Source: Candidatus Krumholzibacteriota bacterium
GTDB taxonomy: Bacteria > Krumholzibacteriota > Krumholzibacteriia > JAJRXK01
Length of the DNA stretch: 64,000 nucleotides
Assembly: GCA_963727455.1 (NCBI GenBank)
Contig: CAVSGG010000009.1
Span: forward strand, 288,001 to 352,000
Direction: 5' to 3'
The stretch's first letter is position 1. Each line of letters starts with the position of its first letter. The notes under the pieces were generated by a model, which was given only the letters and a program-made list of their open reading frames with translations, had not been told where the DNA came from and ran no database searches. The translations under genes and the position numbers were made by a program. This document shows, piece after piece, positions 20,069-31,481 of the stretch.

Positions 20069-20524
20069 TTAGAGAGGTTTTCCCTGACCCTCCAGCTCAT
20101 CAACGAGTTGAAGGCGTCGCACATGGCGTTCTTTGCCGCTGAAACGGGCGTTCAAGAACGCAACTACAATCTCTTTCGCGAGACTTGGGCCCACGACCCG
20201 GGCCCCCAGGCACAATACGTTGATGTTGTCATGCTCCACGCCCTGATGCGCGGAGTAAGTGTCATGACAGAGTCCGGCACGGATACCCTTCACTTTGTTG
20301 GCAGCAACTGCGGCCCCGACACCGCTGCCACAGAGTACAATCCCGCGCTCTGCGTTTCCATCGAGCAGAGCTTTGGCGACTTTGGAGGCAAAACGCGGAT
20401 AGTCGACCGGGTCGGCGGAGTCGGTGCCACAGTCGATGGGCTCGTGGCCCTGTACGGCGAGCTCATTCAAGAGCTCCGCCTTGAGTGGGAATCCGCCATG
20501 GTCACAGCCGAGCGCCACACGCAT
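20069..20524 (-). CDS. rpiB: Ribose-5-phosphate isomerase B
   Basis: GCDHGG, DYP, CGSGVG, ANKVKGIRA, RHVRR. Confidence 0.95.
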   Translation of the reverse strand: MRVALGCDHGGFPLKAELLNELAVQGHEPIDCGTDSADPVDYPRFASKVAKALLDGNAERGIVLCGSGVGAAVAANKVKGIRAGLCHDTYSAHQGVEHDNINVLCLGARVVGPSLAKEIVVAFLNARFSGKERHVRRLQLVDELEGQGKPL

Positions 20525-20730
20525 TGCCCTCTGCCTCCCTTCTGTCAGCGCGACAAGAACACGAGCTCCGATGCCGGGTCATCCCGACCAGTCAGTGCCG
20601 CGAAGCGAGTGTAGGGAACCCGCTGCAGAGAAGCAATGCCGGAGCCTTCGAGTCGAGGAGAAATGAGATTCCTTCCCCCACGCTCCACCGGCTGGTATCC
20701 TGACCCACATTGCTCTTCAAGGAGGTAGCT

Positions 20731-21957
20731 GTGTCTCTGCCATCGCGTGTGCCGGGGGTTCTTCTGCTCTCTTGCCTGCTCGGCCTCGTACACCCCGTCC
20801 CCTCCCATTCCGACTCCGAGAAGCCGGTCCAACTGGTGGAAAGCTGGCCGGTGGAAACCAAACTCGACAATCCCGGCATTCCGGACGCGCCCCAAGTGTG
20901 GTTGCAGATGGTGAAAAGCGCGCGCGAGGAGCTCGATTTCGCCGAATTCTACGCGTCCAACGCCCCCGATTCCCTCCGGCAGGCGTATCCCGAAAGCGCC
21001 GGCCGGCTCGAAGCCGTGATCGAGGCAATCGAGGCGGCCGCAAAGCGCGGGGTGAAGGTGCGCTTCTTGGCCGAAAAAAACTTCTACAAAACTTACCCCA
21101 ACACCTTGAATCGTCTCGATGCGCAGCGAAACGTGGAGTTGCGCATCTACGACGTGGGCGCGCTCATGGGAGGAGTGCTGCACGCGAAGTACTTCCTCGT
21201 GGATGGGCGCGAAGCCTATCTCGGCAGCCAAAACTTCGACTGGCGCTCGCTGGCCCACATTCAGGAGTTGGGATTGAAAATCAACGACCCCCATATCAGC
21301 CGACGACTGAAGGAAGTATTCGACTACGACTGGGCGAGATCCAATGGCGAGGATCCTCCGCCGGTGAGCGCCACCCCGGATAGCCTTCCTGCGGGTTACT
21401 CAGCCGCGTTCAGCCCCACCGGATTTCTCCCGCACCAAGAAGACTGGGACTTGCCGCAGATCGTAAAACTCCTGGACGGAGCCCAGAACCACATACGCTT
21501 TCAGCTCCTCTCGTACCACGTCGTGGGACGCGATCACACTTATTGGAGCGTCCTCGACGACGCCCTGCGCAGAGCGGCTGCGCGCGGCGTCAAAGTGGAG
21601 ATGATCTTGGCGAACTGGTCAAAGGGAGGTAGCTCGATGCAGTACCTGAAGAGCCTGCAGACGCTCGATCAGGTCACGGTCAGAATCGCCACCATTCCGC
21701 AATGGTCCAAGGGTTTCATCCCCTTCGCCCGCGTGATTCACGCGAAATACCTCGTGGTCGATGGCGCATCGAGCTGGGTTGGAACCTCCAATTGGGGGAA
21801 GAGCTACTTTCATGACACGAGGAACGTGGGGCTCGTGATGCACGACTCCCGGATCGCTCTTGAACTAGAGGGCTTCTTCGCCCGTCTTTGGCAAAGCACT
21901 TACGTGGAGGATCTCGACCCCTGCAAGAAGTATGAGCGTCAAAGAGTCGCTCAATAG
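20731..21957 (+). CDS. Secreted phospholipase D superfamily protein (PLD3-like)
   Basis: Two HKD motifs (LHAKYFLVD...GSQN, IHAKYLVVD...GTSN); AAGGAGG SD before GTG; signal peptide. Confidence 0.88.
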   Translation: MSLPSRVPGVLLLSCLLGLVHPVPSHSDSEKPVQLVESWPVETKLDNPGIPDAPQVWLQMVKSAREELDFAEFYASNAPDSLRQAYPESAGRLEAVIEAIEAAAKRGVKVRFLAEKNFYKTYPNTLNRLDAQRNVELRIYDVGALMGGVLHAKYFLVDGREAYLGSQNFDWRSLAHIQELGLKINDPHISRRLKEVFDYDWARSNGEDPPPVSATPDSLPAGYSAAFSPTGFLPHQEDWDLPQIVKLLDGAQNHIRFQLLSYHVVGRDHTYWSVLDDALRRAAARGVKVEMILANWSKGGSSMQYLKSLQTLDQVTVRIATIPQWSKGFIPFARVIHAKYLVVDGASSWVGTSNWGKSYFHDTRNVGLVMHDSRIALELEGFFARLWQSTYVEDLDPCKKYERQRVAQ

Positions 21958-21990
21958 GACCGAGATATCACTCGACCCAGAGGTGATTCC

Positions 21991-22869
21991 ATGAAGAAGT
22001 TCATGATTGGCTGCGGAATCGTGGTGGGCGTCGTTCTATTGATCTCGATCGTCTCCTCTTGGATCTTCGTGCGTTCGCTCAAGAACCAACTCCCCGAGAT
22101 GAAGCCCCTGAAAGAGCGTGAAGAGCAACTGGTCAAGCTATACGGACGACTCGACGATTACACTCCACCCTTGAACGGACGCATTTCACCCGAGCGCATG
22201 GAACTCTATCTGCAAGTTCGCGAGAATCAACCGCACGATACCCGACTCTTCGTGGACGCCCTCGACGAGGTTTCCGAGCAGGAAGATGAAATGCACGAGG
22301 CGAAGGGACTCGAGAAGTTCAAACTCGGACTGAAGATGGCAAAGAGCGGAATGGCCGTGGCGCGTGTCACCATGGTCTATCTCAGCGCCCGCGATTCCCT
22401 CTTGCTCGCCAAGGAGATGTCTCCCGGAGAGTACCTCTATCTTACCGTCATCGGAGCCGTGTGCGACCTGCAATGGTCTCCCCCGCGCTGCCGGAACCAG
22501 AGCGATGCTGATTCCACCTCCAACCATCTCAAGTTCAACGGGAGCTACGGCAGCTTCGGTGATGTCTATCGGCAACAGCTCGAGAACGCCTTGCGCGATC
22601 TTCGGAGCAAAGAAACGCTCGACGAGGACGAACAGAAGTTCATGACAGCGCTGGAGGGAGCTCTCGAACACGGTCGGATCGGTGACGCCCGCGTTCCCTT
22701 CGAAGGCGAGCTTCCGGCTTCCCTAAAAGAGAGCGTCGAGCCCTATCTCACTCGATTGCAGGCGACGCTTCCCACCTGCCGGAGTGCTTGGACTCTGGAA
22801 CTGGCCACGATTTCCGGCAAGCACAATCGGGGAGTGAACATCGAGATCGGCGAGGATGACGACCACTGA
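21991..22869 (+). CDS. Hypothetical membrane-anchored protein
   Basis: N-terminal TM (MKKFMIGCGIVVGVVLL), GAGG SD, in operon order. Confidence 0.7.
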   Translation: MKKFMIGCGIVVGVVLLISIVSSWIFVRSLKNQLPEMKPLKEREEQLVKLYGRLDDYTPPLNGRISPERMELYLQVRENQPHDTRLFVDALDEVSEQEDEMHEAKGLEKFKLGLKMAKSGMAVARVTMVYLSARDSLLLAKEMSPGEYLYLTVIGAVCDLQWSPPRCRNQSDADSTSNHLKFNGSYGSFGDVYRQQLENALRDLRSKETLDEDEQKFMTALEGALEHGRIGDARVPFEGELPASLKESVEPYLTRLQATLPTCRSAWTLELATISGKHNRGVNIEIGEDDDH

Positions 22870-24208
22870 GGCCGGACCGGCGAAGATGAGCCGCGGGCGG
22901 CCGCGGAGCTTGAGCCGGCGATTTTGGCGGCTTTCCTCGCTGAACATCCTGGCCAATCTCATGGTCCCGTTAACCGGCCTGGTCGACATGGCCCTCTTGG
23001 GGCATCTCGGCGAAATTCGCTTCCTGGCCGGAGTGGCCTTGGGCGCGATCCTCTTCGACTACATCTACTGGACATTTGGTTTCCTGCGCATGGGGACGAC
23101 GGGAATGACGGCGCAGGCGGTGGGACAGGAGAACTCCGAAGAAGTCGCGGTGGTCGCTTTGCGGGGGGTGGCCATGGCTCTCGGATTGGGACTTCTCATC
23201 CTCTTGCTGCAGAAGCCCCTCTCGCTCCTGGGTTTCTGGATTCTGCAGGGCGATACGGGCGTGAAGGCCGCCGGTCGCGCCTACTTCTCCGCGCGCATCT
23301 GGGGAGCCCCGGCCGTCCTCTTGAATTTCGTCTTTCTGGGGTGGTTCTTGGGACGCGAACAGGCGGGGCGCGTATTGATCATGTCGGTGGTGGGAAATCT
23401 CTCCAATGTGATCCTTGACTTCTATTTCATCCTCCACCTGCACCTGGCCGCGACGGGAGTGGGAGCCGCCACTGCCATCGCCCAGTACCTCATGCTCTCT
23501 TGCGCACTGCTCTTCGCGGCAAGAGACCTTTCTCTGAGGCGTATCCGCCAGCTTATCCCGACCTGTCTCTCCATGAAGGGCCTCCGCGCCACCTTTTCCC
23601 TGAACAATGACATCTTGGTGCGAACTCTGGCGCTGATCAGCGTCTTTGCCCTCTTCACCAACATCGCATCCACCATGGGCGCCGTCCTCTTGGCGGCCAC
23701 GGCGGTGGTAAAGCAAGTGGTCACGCTCGCCGCGTTCTTCATCGACGGCTATGCATTCGCGACCGAGAGTCTGGCGGGCATCTTGGAAGGAGCCAAAGAC
23801 CGCGTCCAGCTACGGCGACTCCTTCTCATGTCGGTCTCTTGGAGTGCGGTCACCGGGGTGTTGTTCGCGAGTGGTTTCGTGTTCGCACCAAGGCTCTTCC
23901 GTTTGCTCACGGACCACGCTGATGTCCTGCGCCAGATCGACGGCCTGAAAATGTGGCTGTGGCCGGTCCTGGGCGTGGGATCGATTGCGTACGCCTTGGA
24001 TGGTTACTTCATCGGACTAGTGAGAGGACGAATTCTCAGTCTCGCGATGGTCTTCTCCGCGCTGGTTGGTTTCGCTCCCCTCGCATTCTTCGCCTATCGC
24101 GCGCAGAGCATCCAAGTTCTGTGGCTGGCCCTTGGCGTCTTCATGCTTGCGCGGGTTTCAAGCCTGGCAGTCTGCGTGCCCTCGACTCTGCGTCTCAAAG
24201 GGCAATGA
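22856..24208 (+). CDS. dinF: MATE efflux transporter (DinF-like)
   Basis: PLTGLVDMALLGHL, FGFLRMGTTGMTAQA, DGYAFATESL. Confidence 0.88.
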   Translation: MTTTEAGPAKMSRGRPRSLSRRFWRLSSLNILANLMVPLTGLVDMALLGHLGEIRFLAGVALGAILFDYIYWTFGFLRMGTTGMTAQAVGQENSEEVAVVALRGVAMALGLGLLILLLQKPLSLLGFWILQGDTGVKAAGRAYFSARIWGAPAVLLNFVFLGWFLGREQAGRVLIMSVVGNLSNVILDFYFILHLHLAATGVGAATAIAQYLMLSCALLFAARDLSLRRIRQLIPTCLSMKGLRATFSLNNDILVRTLALISVFALFTNIASTMGAVLLAATAVVKQVVTLAAFFIDGYAFATESLAGILEGAKDRVQLRRLLLMSVSWSAVTGVLFASGFVFAPRLFRLLTDHADVLRQIDGLKMWLWPVLGVGSIAYALDGYFIGLVRGRILSLAMVFSALVGFAPLAFFAYRAQSIQVLWLALGVFMLARVSSLAVCVPSTLRLKGQ

Positions 24209-24458
24209 CGCCTTCGATTTTCAGAGCCTCCGCGTAAATTGCGATGACTGCATCGCTCGACTCCATCACCTTCTGGCAACTGAGGCTCAGGTATTTCCCC
24301 GTCCGTGAAGAGCGAAGAGTGTATTCCTCTTCTTTGAACAGTTCTTTCAGCTCGTGGATCTTCCCGCGTGGAGCGATGAACTTGAAGAGATAGGGGCCGG
24401 GCCACTTCTCGAAGACGGCCAGCTTGGCGCGCAGAGTGTCCAGGGGATCGCGGCTCAT
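24195..24458 (-). CDS. DUF493 (YbeD-like) protein
   Basis: WPGPYLFKFI...SSRTGKYLSL...IEGVIAL; ATG overlaps egtB stop. Confidence 0.85.
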   Translation of the reverse strand: MSRDPLDTLRAKLAVFEKWPGPYLFKFIAPRGKIHELKELFKEEEYTLRSSRTGKYLSLSCQKVMESSDAVIAIYAEALKIEGVIAL

Positions 24459-25735
24459 CGCTTCAAGTCTCTGCAGAGTCGAAGTCCCGAGAACATCCAG
24501 CGAGACGACGGCGCATAGAAGTTGCGATAGCTCGCGCGCAGATGCTCCCGGGGACTCACGCAACACCCACCGCGCAGAACGATCTGGTTCGCCATGAACT
24601 TCCCGTTGTACTCGCCCAATGCGCCGCCGGCCGGCCGGTAACCCGGATATGGTCCGTAGGAAGAAGCGGTCCATTCCCACAGATCACCAAAGAGCTGCCC
24701 CAAACCGCTTCCTTTGGCACCGCGGGCTTGCAAATATCCATTCTCGAGGAAGTTTCCCTCCTCCAGAAGATCCGGATCCTCCGCGAGCGTCACAGTCGCG
24801 GCCTTCTCCCACTCATACTCGGTCGGCAAGCGAGCGTGGCTCCAACGGGCAAAGGCATCCGCCTCGAAATGACTGATGTGAGCGACGGGAAGATCGCTTC
24901 GAACCCTGGCCCGACCGAAGAGGCCGCGACGGTACCACTCCCCCTCTACCTTCTCCCAGTACAATGGTGCTCGCCAACCCTCCTCCTGGGCCAGAGCCCA
25001 ACCGTCGGAGAGCCATAGTTCCGGACGCTCGTAACCTCCATCGCTCATGAACTCCAAGTACTCGCCGGCAGTGACGAGACGATTTGCCACTTCGAAGGCT
25101 TCCGTCCAAACTCGATGGCGCGGCTCTTCGTTGTCGAAGCAAAACCCCTCCTGCCCGTGGCCGATCTCGAAGAGCCCCTCCTGGAATCCTCTCCATTGGA
25201 GGTCCTCGGTGGGGCATGCAGGACAGCCCTTCAACTCGCGGTAGGCGCCGCCCACTGGATTCGTGGCCAGCACGTGCTGAATGTCCATGAGAAGAAGTTC
25301 TTGATGCTGTTGCTCGTGTTGAAGTCCAAGCTCGACCACTGGATGCAGTTCGGGCGGGAGTGTCCCTTGGGTCAGAATTTCCTGCATCCTCTCTTCGACG
25401 TTGCGGCGGTACTCGAAGACTTCGCGCAGGGAAGGTCGCGAGAGGAAGCCGCGTCTTTCCCGCGGGTGCTTTTCTCCGACGGTCTCATAGTAGGAATTGA
25501 AGAGAACCCGGAATTCGGGGCGAAAGGGCCGAAACTCACGCTCGACAGCCTCCAGAACGAAGGTCTCGAAGAACCAAGTCGTGTGCGCCAAATGCCATTT
25601 GGTGGGCGATACCTCGCGCATAGTTTGCACCTGGCAGTCCTCGGGGCTGAGAGGCTCGATCAGCTGCAGGGTGGTCTGGCGAATCCGAAGGAATCGCTCG
25701 GCCATCGGAACGAGTCGGGCGGCGGCGTCGATCAA
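24455..25735 (-). CDS. egtB: Ergothioneine biosynthesis sulfoxide synthase (start uncertain)
   Basis: [46 protein letters not shown] (DinB + FGE-sulfatase domains). Confidence 0.9.
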   Translation of the reverse strand: MIDAAARLVPMAERFLRIRQTTLQLIEPLSPEDCQVQTMREVSPTKWHLAHTTWFFETFVLEAVEREFRPFRPEFRVLFNSYYETVGEKHPRERRGFLSRPSLREVFEYRRNVEERMQEILTQGTLPPELHPVVELGLQHEQQHQELLLMDIQHVLATNPVGGAYRELKGCPACPTEDLQWRGFQEGLFEIGHGQEGFCFDNEEPRHRVWTEAFEVANRLVTAGEYLEFMSDGGYERPELWLSDGWALAQEEGWRAPLYWEKVEGEWYRRGLFGRARVRSDLPVAHISHFEADAFARWSHARLPTEYEWEKAATVTLAEDPDLLEEGNFLENGYLQARGAKGSGLGQLFGDLWEWTASSYGPYPGYRPAGGALGEYNGKFMANQIVLRGGCCVSPREHLRASYRNFYAPSSRWMFSGLRLCRDLKR

Positions 25736-25920
25736 GGTCTCTCCCCCAAGAACAGGTCGATTTGGAGCTCGAGTTCGCTGATTCCAGTCTACGGTTTCGC
25801 GTTCACTCTGGCCAGAGCGGCTGGACGATCGCGCCTGAAGCCTTATATTTGCGCCGGACCACCACGCGAGCACGAGCACTCATTCGGAGCCTCGCTCCAA
25901 CTCATCGAAGGGGATTCGCA

Positions 25921-28191
25921 ATGCAGAAGAACTGGTTGGACGCCATCCATACCGTCTACGAGAATCTCGCCTCCCACCACGCGAAGGGCCGCGAGGTATT
26001 GGGACATCCGCTCACGCTGGCCGAGAAGATCCTCTTCGCTCATCTGCGAAACAAGGATGAGGCTCCCACCCGCGGCAAGAGCGTTGTCGATCTCGTTCCG
26101 GATCGCGTGGCGATGCAGGATGCCACGGCGCAGATGGCACTCCTTCAGTTCATCGCGGCGGAGAAGGCCAAGGTCGCGACTCCGACCACGGTGCACTGCG
26201 ATCACTTGATTCGCGCGCGGGTCGGAGCCGAGAAGGACCTCGAGGTCGCGAACGACGAAAACGGCGAAGTCTTTCGTTTCCTCAAGAGTGCTTCCAAGAA
26301 ATACGGGATCGGGTTCTGGAAGCCGGGAGCCGGCATCATCCATCAAGTGGTACTGGAGAACTACGCCGCCCCCGGTCTTTTGATGATCGGTACGGACAGT
26401 CACACCCCCAACGCGGGCGGCTTGGGTATGGTCGCGGTCGGCGTGGGTGGAGCGGATGCGGTCGACGCCATGGTCGGAATGCCCTGGCAGGTGCTGTGGC
26501 CGCGTCTCATCGGGGTGAAGCTCACCGGCAAGCTCAGCGGGTGGACCGCCCCGAAGGACATCATTCTCAAGCTGGCCGGCCTGCTCACGGTGAAGGGGGG
26601 CACCGGCAAGATCGTGGAGTACTTCGGCGAAGGCACGAAGAGCATCTCCTGCACGGGCAAGGCCACGATCTGCAATATGGGAGCTGAACTCGGTGCTACC
26701 ACAAGTCTCTTCCCCTTCGACGAACGGATGGCGACTTACCTTCGGGCTACTCGGCGGGCCGCAGTGGCGGAGATGGCAGAGAAGCACCAAGACGAATTAG
26801 TGGCGGACCCTCAGACCGCGAAGGACCCCGAGAAATATTACGACGAGATCGTGGAGATCGACCTCGACAAACTCGAGCCACACTTGGTCGGACCCCACAC
26901 TCCCGACCTCTTGCATCCTCTCTCACGCATGGGTCAGGATGCGCGCGAGAACGGATACCCCATCGAGCTCTCGGCCGCCCTCATCGGTTCGTGCACCAAC
27001 TCGAGTTACGAGGACATCGATCGATCGACCCACATCGCCCGGCAGGCCGCGGCCAAAGGCATCAAGGCCAAGACCAAGTTCATGGTCACTCCCGGAAGTG
27101 AACAGGTCCGCGCCACCATCGAACGCGACGGACAGCTCGCCGAGTTGGAAAAGATGGGTGGGGTCGTACTGGCTAATGCCTGTGGGCCCTGCATAGGACA
27201 GTGGCAGCGCGACGATGTCTCCGAGGGAGAGAAGAACTCCATCCTGACCTCGTACAATCGCAATTTCCGCAAGCGCAACGATGGTAATGCCTCGACCATG
27301 GCCTTCATCGGCAGCCCGGAAATCGTCACGGCGATCGCGCTGGCCGGCCGTCTCGACTTCAACCCCCTGAAGGACACCCTGAAGGCGGCCGATGGCAGTG
27401 AGTTTCGGCTCGAAGCTCCGCAAGGCGACGAGCTCCCCCGTCAGGGCTTCGACCGCGGCGATACCAGCTACTTCATTCCGGTGAGCGAGGATGGCGACGA
27501 GATCAAGGTGGAAATCTCGCCCGAGAGTGACCGACTACAGTTTCTCACACCCTTTAAAGCCTGGGATGGAGAGGACTTCGAGGACTTGTTGGTGTTGGTG
27601 AAGGCCGATGGAAAATGCACGACCGATCACATCTCTCCGGCCGGTCCCTGGTTGAGCTACCGAGGGCATCTGGACAAGATCTCCGACAACATGTTCATCG
27701 GCGCGGTCAATGCCTTCCGTGAGGAGACGGGTCGCGGCAAGAATCAGCTCGACGGATCCATCGACAGCTTTTCCAAGATCGCTCGCGCCTACAAAGCGGC
27801 CGGCAAAGGTTGGATCGCGGTGGGTGACGAGAACTACGGAGAGGGCAGCTCTCGGGAGCATGCAGCCATGGAACCGCGCTTCTTGGGCGCGCGCGCCGTT
27901 CTGGTGCGCTCCTTCGCGCGAATCCACGAGACAAATTTGAAGAAGCAGGGTGTTCTGCCCCTCACCTTCGCGAATCCAGAGGATTACGACAAAGTGCAGG
28001 AGGATGACCGCGTGAGCATCCTGGGACTGAGCGATCTGGCCCCGGGAAGCGAAGTGACGGTGGTGCTCAAGCACTCCGACGGCAACGAGGATCGATTCAA
28101 GGCCAAGCACACCCTGACCGGCGAACAGATCAAATGGTTCAAGGCCGGGTCCGCGTTAAACCTGATCCGGCGCCAAGAGCAGGCGGGATAG
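25921..28191 (+). CDS. acnA: Aconitate hydratase (mitochondrial-like type)
   Basis: [68 protein letters not shown]. Confidence 0.95.
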   Translation: MQKNWLDAIHTVYENLASHHAKGREVLGHPLTLAEKILFAHLRNKDEAPTRGKSVVDLVPDRVAMQDATAQMALLQFIAAEKAKVATPTTVHCDHLIRARVGAEKDLEVANDENGEVFRFLKSASKKYGIGFWKPGAGIIHQVVLENYAAPGLLMIGTDSHTPNAGGLGMVAVGVGGADAVDAMVGMPWQVLWPRLIGVKLTGKLSGWTAPKDIILKLAGLLTVKGGTGKIVEYFGEGTKSISCTGKATICNMGAELGATTSLFPFDERMATYLRATRRAAVAEMAEKHQDELVADPQTAKDPEKYYDEIVEIDLDKLEPHLVGPHTPDLLHPLSRMGQDARENGYPIELSAALIGSCTNSSYEDIDRSTHIARQAAAKGIKAKTKFMVTPGSEQVRATIERDGQLAELEKMGGVVLANACGPCIGQWQRDDVSEGEKNSILTSYNRNFRKRNDGNASTMAFIGSPEIVTAIALAGRLDFNPLKDTLKAADGSEFRLEAPQGDELPRQGFDRGDTSYFIPVSEDGDEIKVEISPESDRLQFLTPFKAWDGEDFEDLLVLVKADGKCTTDHISPAGPWLSYRGHLDKISDNMFIGAVNAFREETGRGKNQLDGSIDSFSKIARAYKAAGKGWIAVGDENYGEGSSREHAAMEPRFLGARAVLVRSFARIHETNLKKQGVLPLTFANPEDYDKVQEDDRVSILGLSDLAPGSEVTVVLKHSDGNEDRFKAKHTLTGEQIKWFKAGSALNLIRRQEQAG

Positions 28192-28198
28192 ATTCGCG

Positions 28199-29002
28199 GT
28201 GGGTACGCAAGCGGCGCTTAGACTGGGGGTGAGCCGCTGCCTTCTGGGCGAAGCGGTGCGCTACGACGGTGCCATAAAGGAGAGCATCCAAGGCTGGTGG
28301 CCGGCCGGAATCAGCATCGAGTGGATCGGAGTCTGTCCGGAAGTTGAACTCGGGATGGGGGTGCCGCGCGAACCAGTGCAGCTCGAAGGGGAAGCGACGG
28401 CGCCTCGAATGCTCGGACTGGAGAGTCGGATCGATCACACCTGCGCCATGCACCGCTGGGCAAAGCAACGCCTGGCCGAACTGGGCGTCGAGGACCTGGA
28501 CGGATTCGTGCTTAAGAGCCGATCGCCGAGTTGTGGTCTGTTCGATGCGAATCTCGTCCGAGGCGAGGAAGTCCTGGGCCTCACGGACGGGCTCTTCACT
28601 GCTTCTTTGCGCACCGCCTTTCCCTTCTTGCCGTTGACGAGTGAGAGTCAACTCGAAGATCCCGCTGCGCGCGCGCCGTTCTTGATGCGCGCGCGCCTCT
28701 ACCGGTCTTATAAGGAGATCGTGGCCAAGGGCGCGAACTCCCACGAACTGAAGTCCCATTGCGAAGCCACCCTAAAAGCCTACCGGAATTCTCGAACGAG
28801 CCTTTCCCCCGCGCTGGATGGCGTCGCCGGAACGCCGGCGAAGGCCCGGCAACGGGAAAGGGGATCGGAGAAGGACTCTCTGGCGCGCAGCCTGAAGGAC
28901 GCGTGCGAACGAGTCTGCCGTCTCGAGGGTGCGGACAAAGCAAAGGAGCTGACCAAGTACGGTCAGCTCCTGCATGATCTGCTCGACCCCTTGCGGGCCT
29001 GA
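28199..29002 (+). CDS. DUF523 (2-thiouracil desulfurase-like) protein with divergent C-terminal extension
   Basis: GVSRCLLGEAVRYDG, CPEVELGMGVPRE, LKSRSPSCG. Confidence 0.85.
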   Translation: MGTQAALRLGVSRCLLGEAVRYDGAIKESIQGWWPAGISIEWIGVCPEVELGMGVPREPVQLEGEATAPRMLGLESRIDHTCAMHRWAKQRLAELGVEDLDGFVLKSRSPSCGLFDANLVRGEEVLGLTDGLFTASLRTAFPFLPLTSESQLEDPAARAPFLMRARLYRSYKEIVAKGANSHELKSHCEATLKAYRNSRTSLSPALDGVAGTPAKARQRERGSEKDSLARSLKDACERVCRLEGADKAKELTKYGQLLHDLLDPLRA

Positions 29003-29016
29003 ATCGCCTCGATCGA

Positions 29017-30489
29017 CTACTGAGCGCTTGGCTCGGCCCCGTAGGTCTCGAAAACGTACCAGCCCTCTTTCTGACCGTGCCTCTCCGCCTCGAGGGAGAT
29101 CTTCAACAGATTTAGCTTTCCGGATTTCGCGAAGGCCTCCGAACGGATCTTCTTGTTGTAGGCCTTGATCTCGCTGGAGAGACCCGGCTTCGGGTAGAAC
29201 ATCTGCGCCTTTCCCCAATCCGCGGGCAGAGTGCCGGCATCGCAGTCCGAACATTGCGGAGCGTAGTAGCGGCTGTTCTTCGCGCCGCAGCGCACGACCT
29301 GGGTGAGGAACGAGTTGAAGCCATGTTCGGCCTCATCGTCCAACTTCCCCCATTTCTCCGGCCGGGCGAGCGCGAATTCCGACTTGATGCCCACCGCATC
29401 GAGCATGGCGATCATCAAGGCCGTTTTCTCCACCGGCGTCCCCTCCTTGGTCGAGAGGACTTTCTTGAGGCTTCGGAGCGCGCCTCGTTCGTATTGCTCC
29501 CCGCTGACGTTCTGGATCTTGTCGCGTACGAACTCGCAAATCGCCTTTTCCTTGGCCACCTCATCGCTCAATCCGGAGGTTACCGCGGACGCGCTGATGT
29601 CGACGCCCCCGGCGTCCGTGAGCATCTTCTCCTTGCCCGCGGCAAGAAAGCCGGCCAGGGTTACCCATCCGTTGGTCGGCACCCAGCCGGTATAGAAGTT
29701 TGGCTGGGCGATGTGACGAGCCTTGAGGGCGATCGAAAACACGGGGGTTCCGAGAGGATAGGGCCCGGTCCAGGGTAGCGAAGCGATCGGCGCGAAGTTC
29801 TTCGCGTTTGCGCTCCACTCCTTGGTGTGGTCGTTGACCAGACCGTTCGTCTTCAGTGAAAAATTGTCCGCATCGATGCCGTGCGATTGGACCACGAAGT
29901 CGGAGTTTCCATCGTTGAGTATCCTCACGCTGGCATAGATGACGGGATAACGGTCGGCTGCGGGAGAAACCCATGCCATGAGGGGCCCCTTGTGCACCTC
30001 CACGATGGACCACCCGACCACATCGCCCTTCTTCAGCTCGCCCCACTGGATCTCAATCTGATCGCGCACAAACTCGCCATCGCCCTTCGTCACCTCGATC
30101 TTCTTCTCGTCGAAGCGCTGGATCTCGTCCTTGCGCATGATGAATGCGGAGCGCTCGGGATAGTCGTCTCCCGGGCCGAAGTAGGGTTTCGTGAGCTCCA
30201 TCGCCAAGTTACCGGGGTCCTCTATCTCGTACACCATATTGGTGCATACCCGATACCCGTTCTCTTCCATCTGGAAGAAATGCTGTTTGTACATGATGAT
30301 GGCGGTTGCCCCATCCGCACCGGGCACCGTTTTCAAATGAGGAGCCAGCGTAGCGATCAGCTTCTTTAGCCCTGCGTCCTCCCTGCGGGCGACGGCCCAG
30401 TTCGACTGGGCCTGCGCTGCGGAAGCAAAGAGAAGCACGAGAGCCGTGGCTGTCGTGAGAATCCGCCCAAAGGCGCGGGGAAAAGACAT
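29017..30489 (-). CDS. Secreted DUF3857/transglutaminase-like protein (catalytic Cys absent)
   Basis: Signal peptide, LKKGDVV, ICEFVRDKI, GTPVEKTALMIAML. Confidence 0.6.
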   Translation of the reverse strand: MSFPRAFGRILTTATALVLLFASAAQAQSNWAVARREDAGLKKLIATLAPHLKTVPGADGATAIIMYKQHFFQMEENGYRVCTNMVYEIEDPGNLAMELTKPYFGPGDDYPERSAFIMRKDEIQRFDEKKIEVTKGDGEFVRDQIEIQWGELKKGDVVGWSIVEVHKGPLMAWVSPAADRYPVIYASVRILNDGNSDFVVQSHGIDADNFSLKTNGLVNDHTKEWSANAKNFAPIASLPWTGPYPLGTPVFSIALKARHIAQPNFYTGWVPTNGWVTLAGFLAAGKEKMLTDAGGVDISASAVTSGLSDEVAKEKAICEFVRDKIQNVSGEQYERGALRSLKKVLSTKEGTPVEKTALMIAMLDAVGIKSEFALARPEKWGKLDDEAEHGFNSFLTQVVRCGAKNSRYYAPQCSDCDAGTLPADWGKAQMFYPKPGLSSEIKAYNKKIRSEAFAKSGKLNLLKISLEAERHGQKEGWYVFETYGAEPSAQ

Positions 30490-30625
30490 GAGATTCCTCC
30501 GATAGGGATTAAGATGGCCTCAGATTGCCGACAAGATGGGAAAAATCCCGGGGAGAGGGCAAGTCCTATCTCTCTCGCCAAACTACGGGGCTTTGAGCCC
30601 TCGAGCCACGCCGGCAAAACGAGGC

Positions 30626-31288
30626 TCAGGTTTTCTTCTCCTTGACCACGACATTCAAGTCGTGGATGAGTTTTTCGACCCCTTTCTCGTTCGATTCGTA
30701 ATACCCACGCACTCTTCCCACCTGGTCCACCAAGATGAAGCGTTCGCTGTGAGCGATGTTGTAGAGCCCGGTATTCTTGTTGGACTGAGGTTCCATGACC
30801 TGAAAGAAACCGTCCACCACGACCTTCTGCACGGCATCCAGATCCCCGGTGAGAAACTTCCAGTGACCGGGGATGGCGCCGTAACCCTTGGCGTAGGTCC
30901 TCAGTCTCTCCGGCGTGTCGTGCTTGGGATCGACGCTGATGGAGACGAGCCGCATCTGATCGCCCAGAGACTTGGTCCGTTCCTGAATTCGGGTCATCCA
31001 ATCCGTGATCCTGGGACAGACGGTGGTGCAGGACGTGAAGAAGAACTGCACGACATACGCCTGACCCTTTAGATCTTGGGAGCCGAACTTGGCGCCGGTT
31101 TCATCCACCAACTCGAAGGAGGGTGCGGAGGTGACCACTTCCGGACCGGATTGCGTCGAATGTAGAAAGAACCACGCGGCCAAAGCACTGAGCGAAGCTA
31201 CGATCAACAGTAGGACCAGGACGAAGCGCAGGGTCCGCATGGCGGAAGGCGAGGACGGTGGGGATTCTGGCGGAAGTTCTGGTTCCAA
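30626..31288 (-). CDS. SCO1/SenC copper chaperone
   Basis: FFFTSCTTVCP (CxxxC), SISVDPKHDTPE, HSERFILVD. Confidence 0.92.
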   Translation of the reverse strand: MEPELPPESPPSSPSAMRTLRFVLVLLLIVASLSALAAWFFLHSTQSGPEVVTSAPSFELVDETGAKFGSQDLKGQAYVVQFFFTSCTTVCPRITDWMTRIQERTKSLGDQMRLVSISVDPKHDTPERLRTYAKGYGAIPGHWKFLTGDLDAVQKVVVDGFFQVMEPQSNKNTGLYNIAHSERFILVDQVGRVRGYYESNEKGVEKLIHDLNVVVKEKKT

Positions 31289-31481
31289 GTTTCGAACCTC
31301 TAGTTCACGAGAATGGCACTACAAAGCGCGAGAGAGAAACTCCTCGCAGGTCCCGCGGACCGTGGGGTGCCGAAAGGCCCGATCTCAAGCTTAAGGGATT
31401 CGGCCATTTTGGCTAGACTCTGGATGCCGTATCGGCCTGCAGGGTTTATCATTGCGCGGTTCTCTTTCGGGAAAACTCAGG

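Noticed and set aside
18504-20072. 522-aa plus-strand ORF (and similar long ORFs such as 31876-33633 and 51458-52777)
   Set aside because: Antisense to well-supported genes (tal/Na-Pi, ctaA-ctaB, permease).
24455-25735. egtB as selenoneine synthase senA
   Set aside because: No senB or selD/senC neighbours; cannot be distinguished further by eye.
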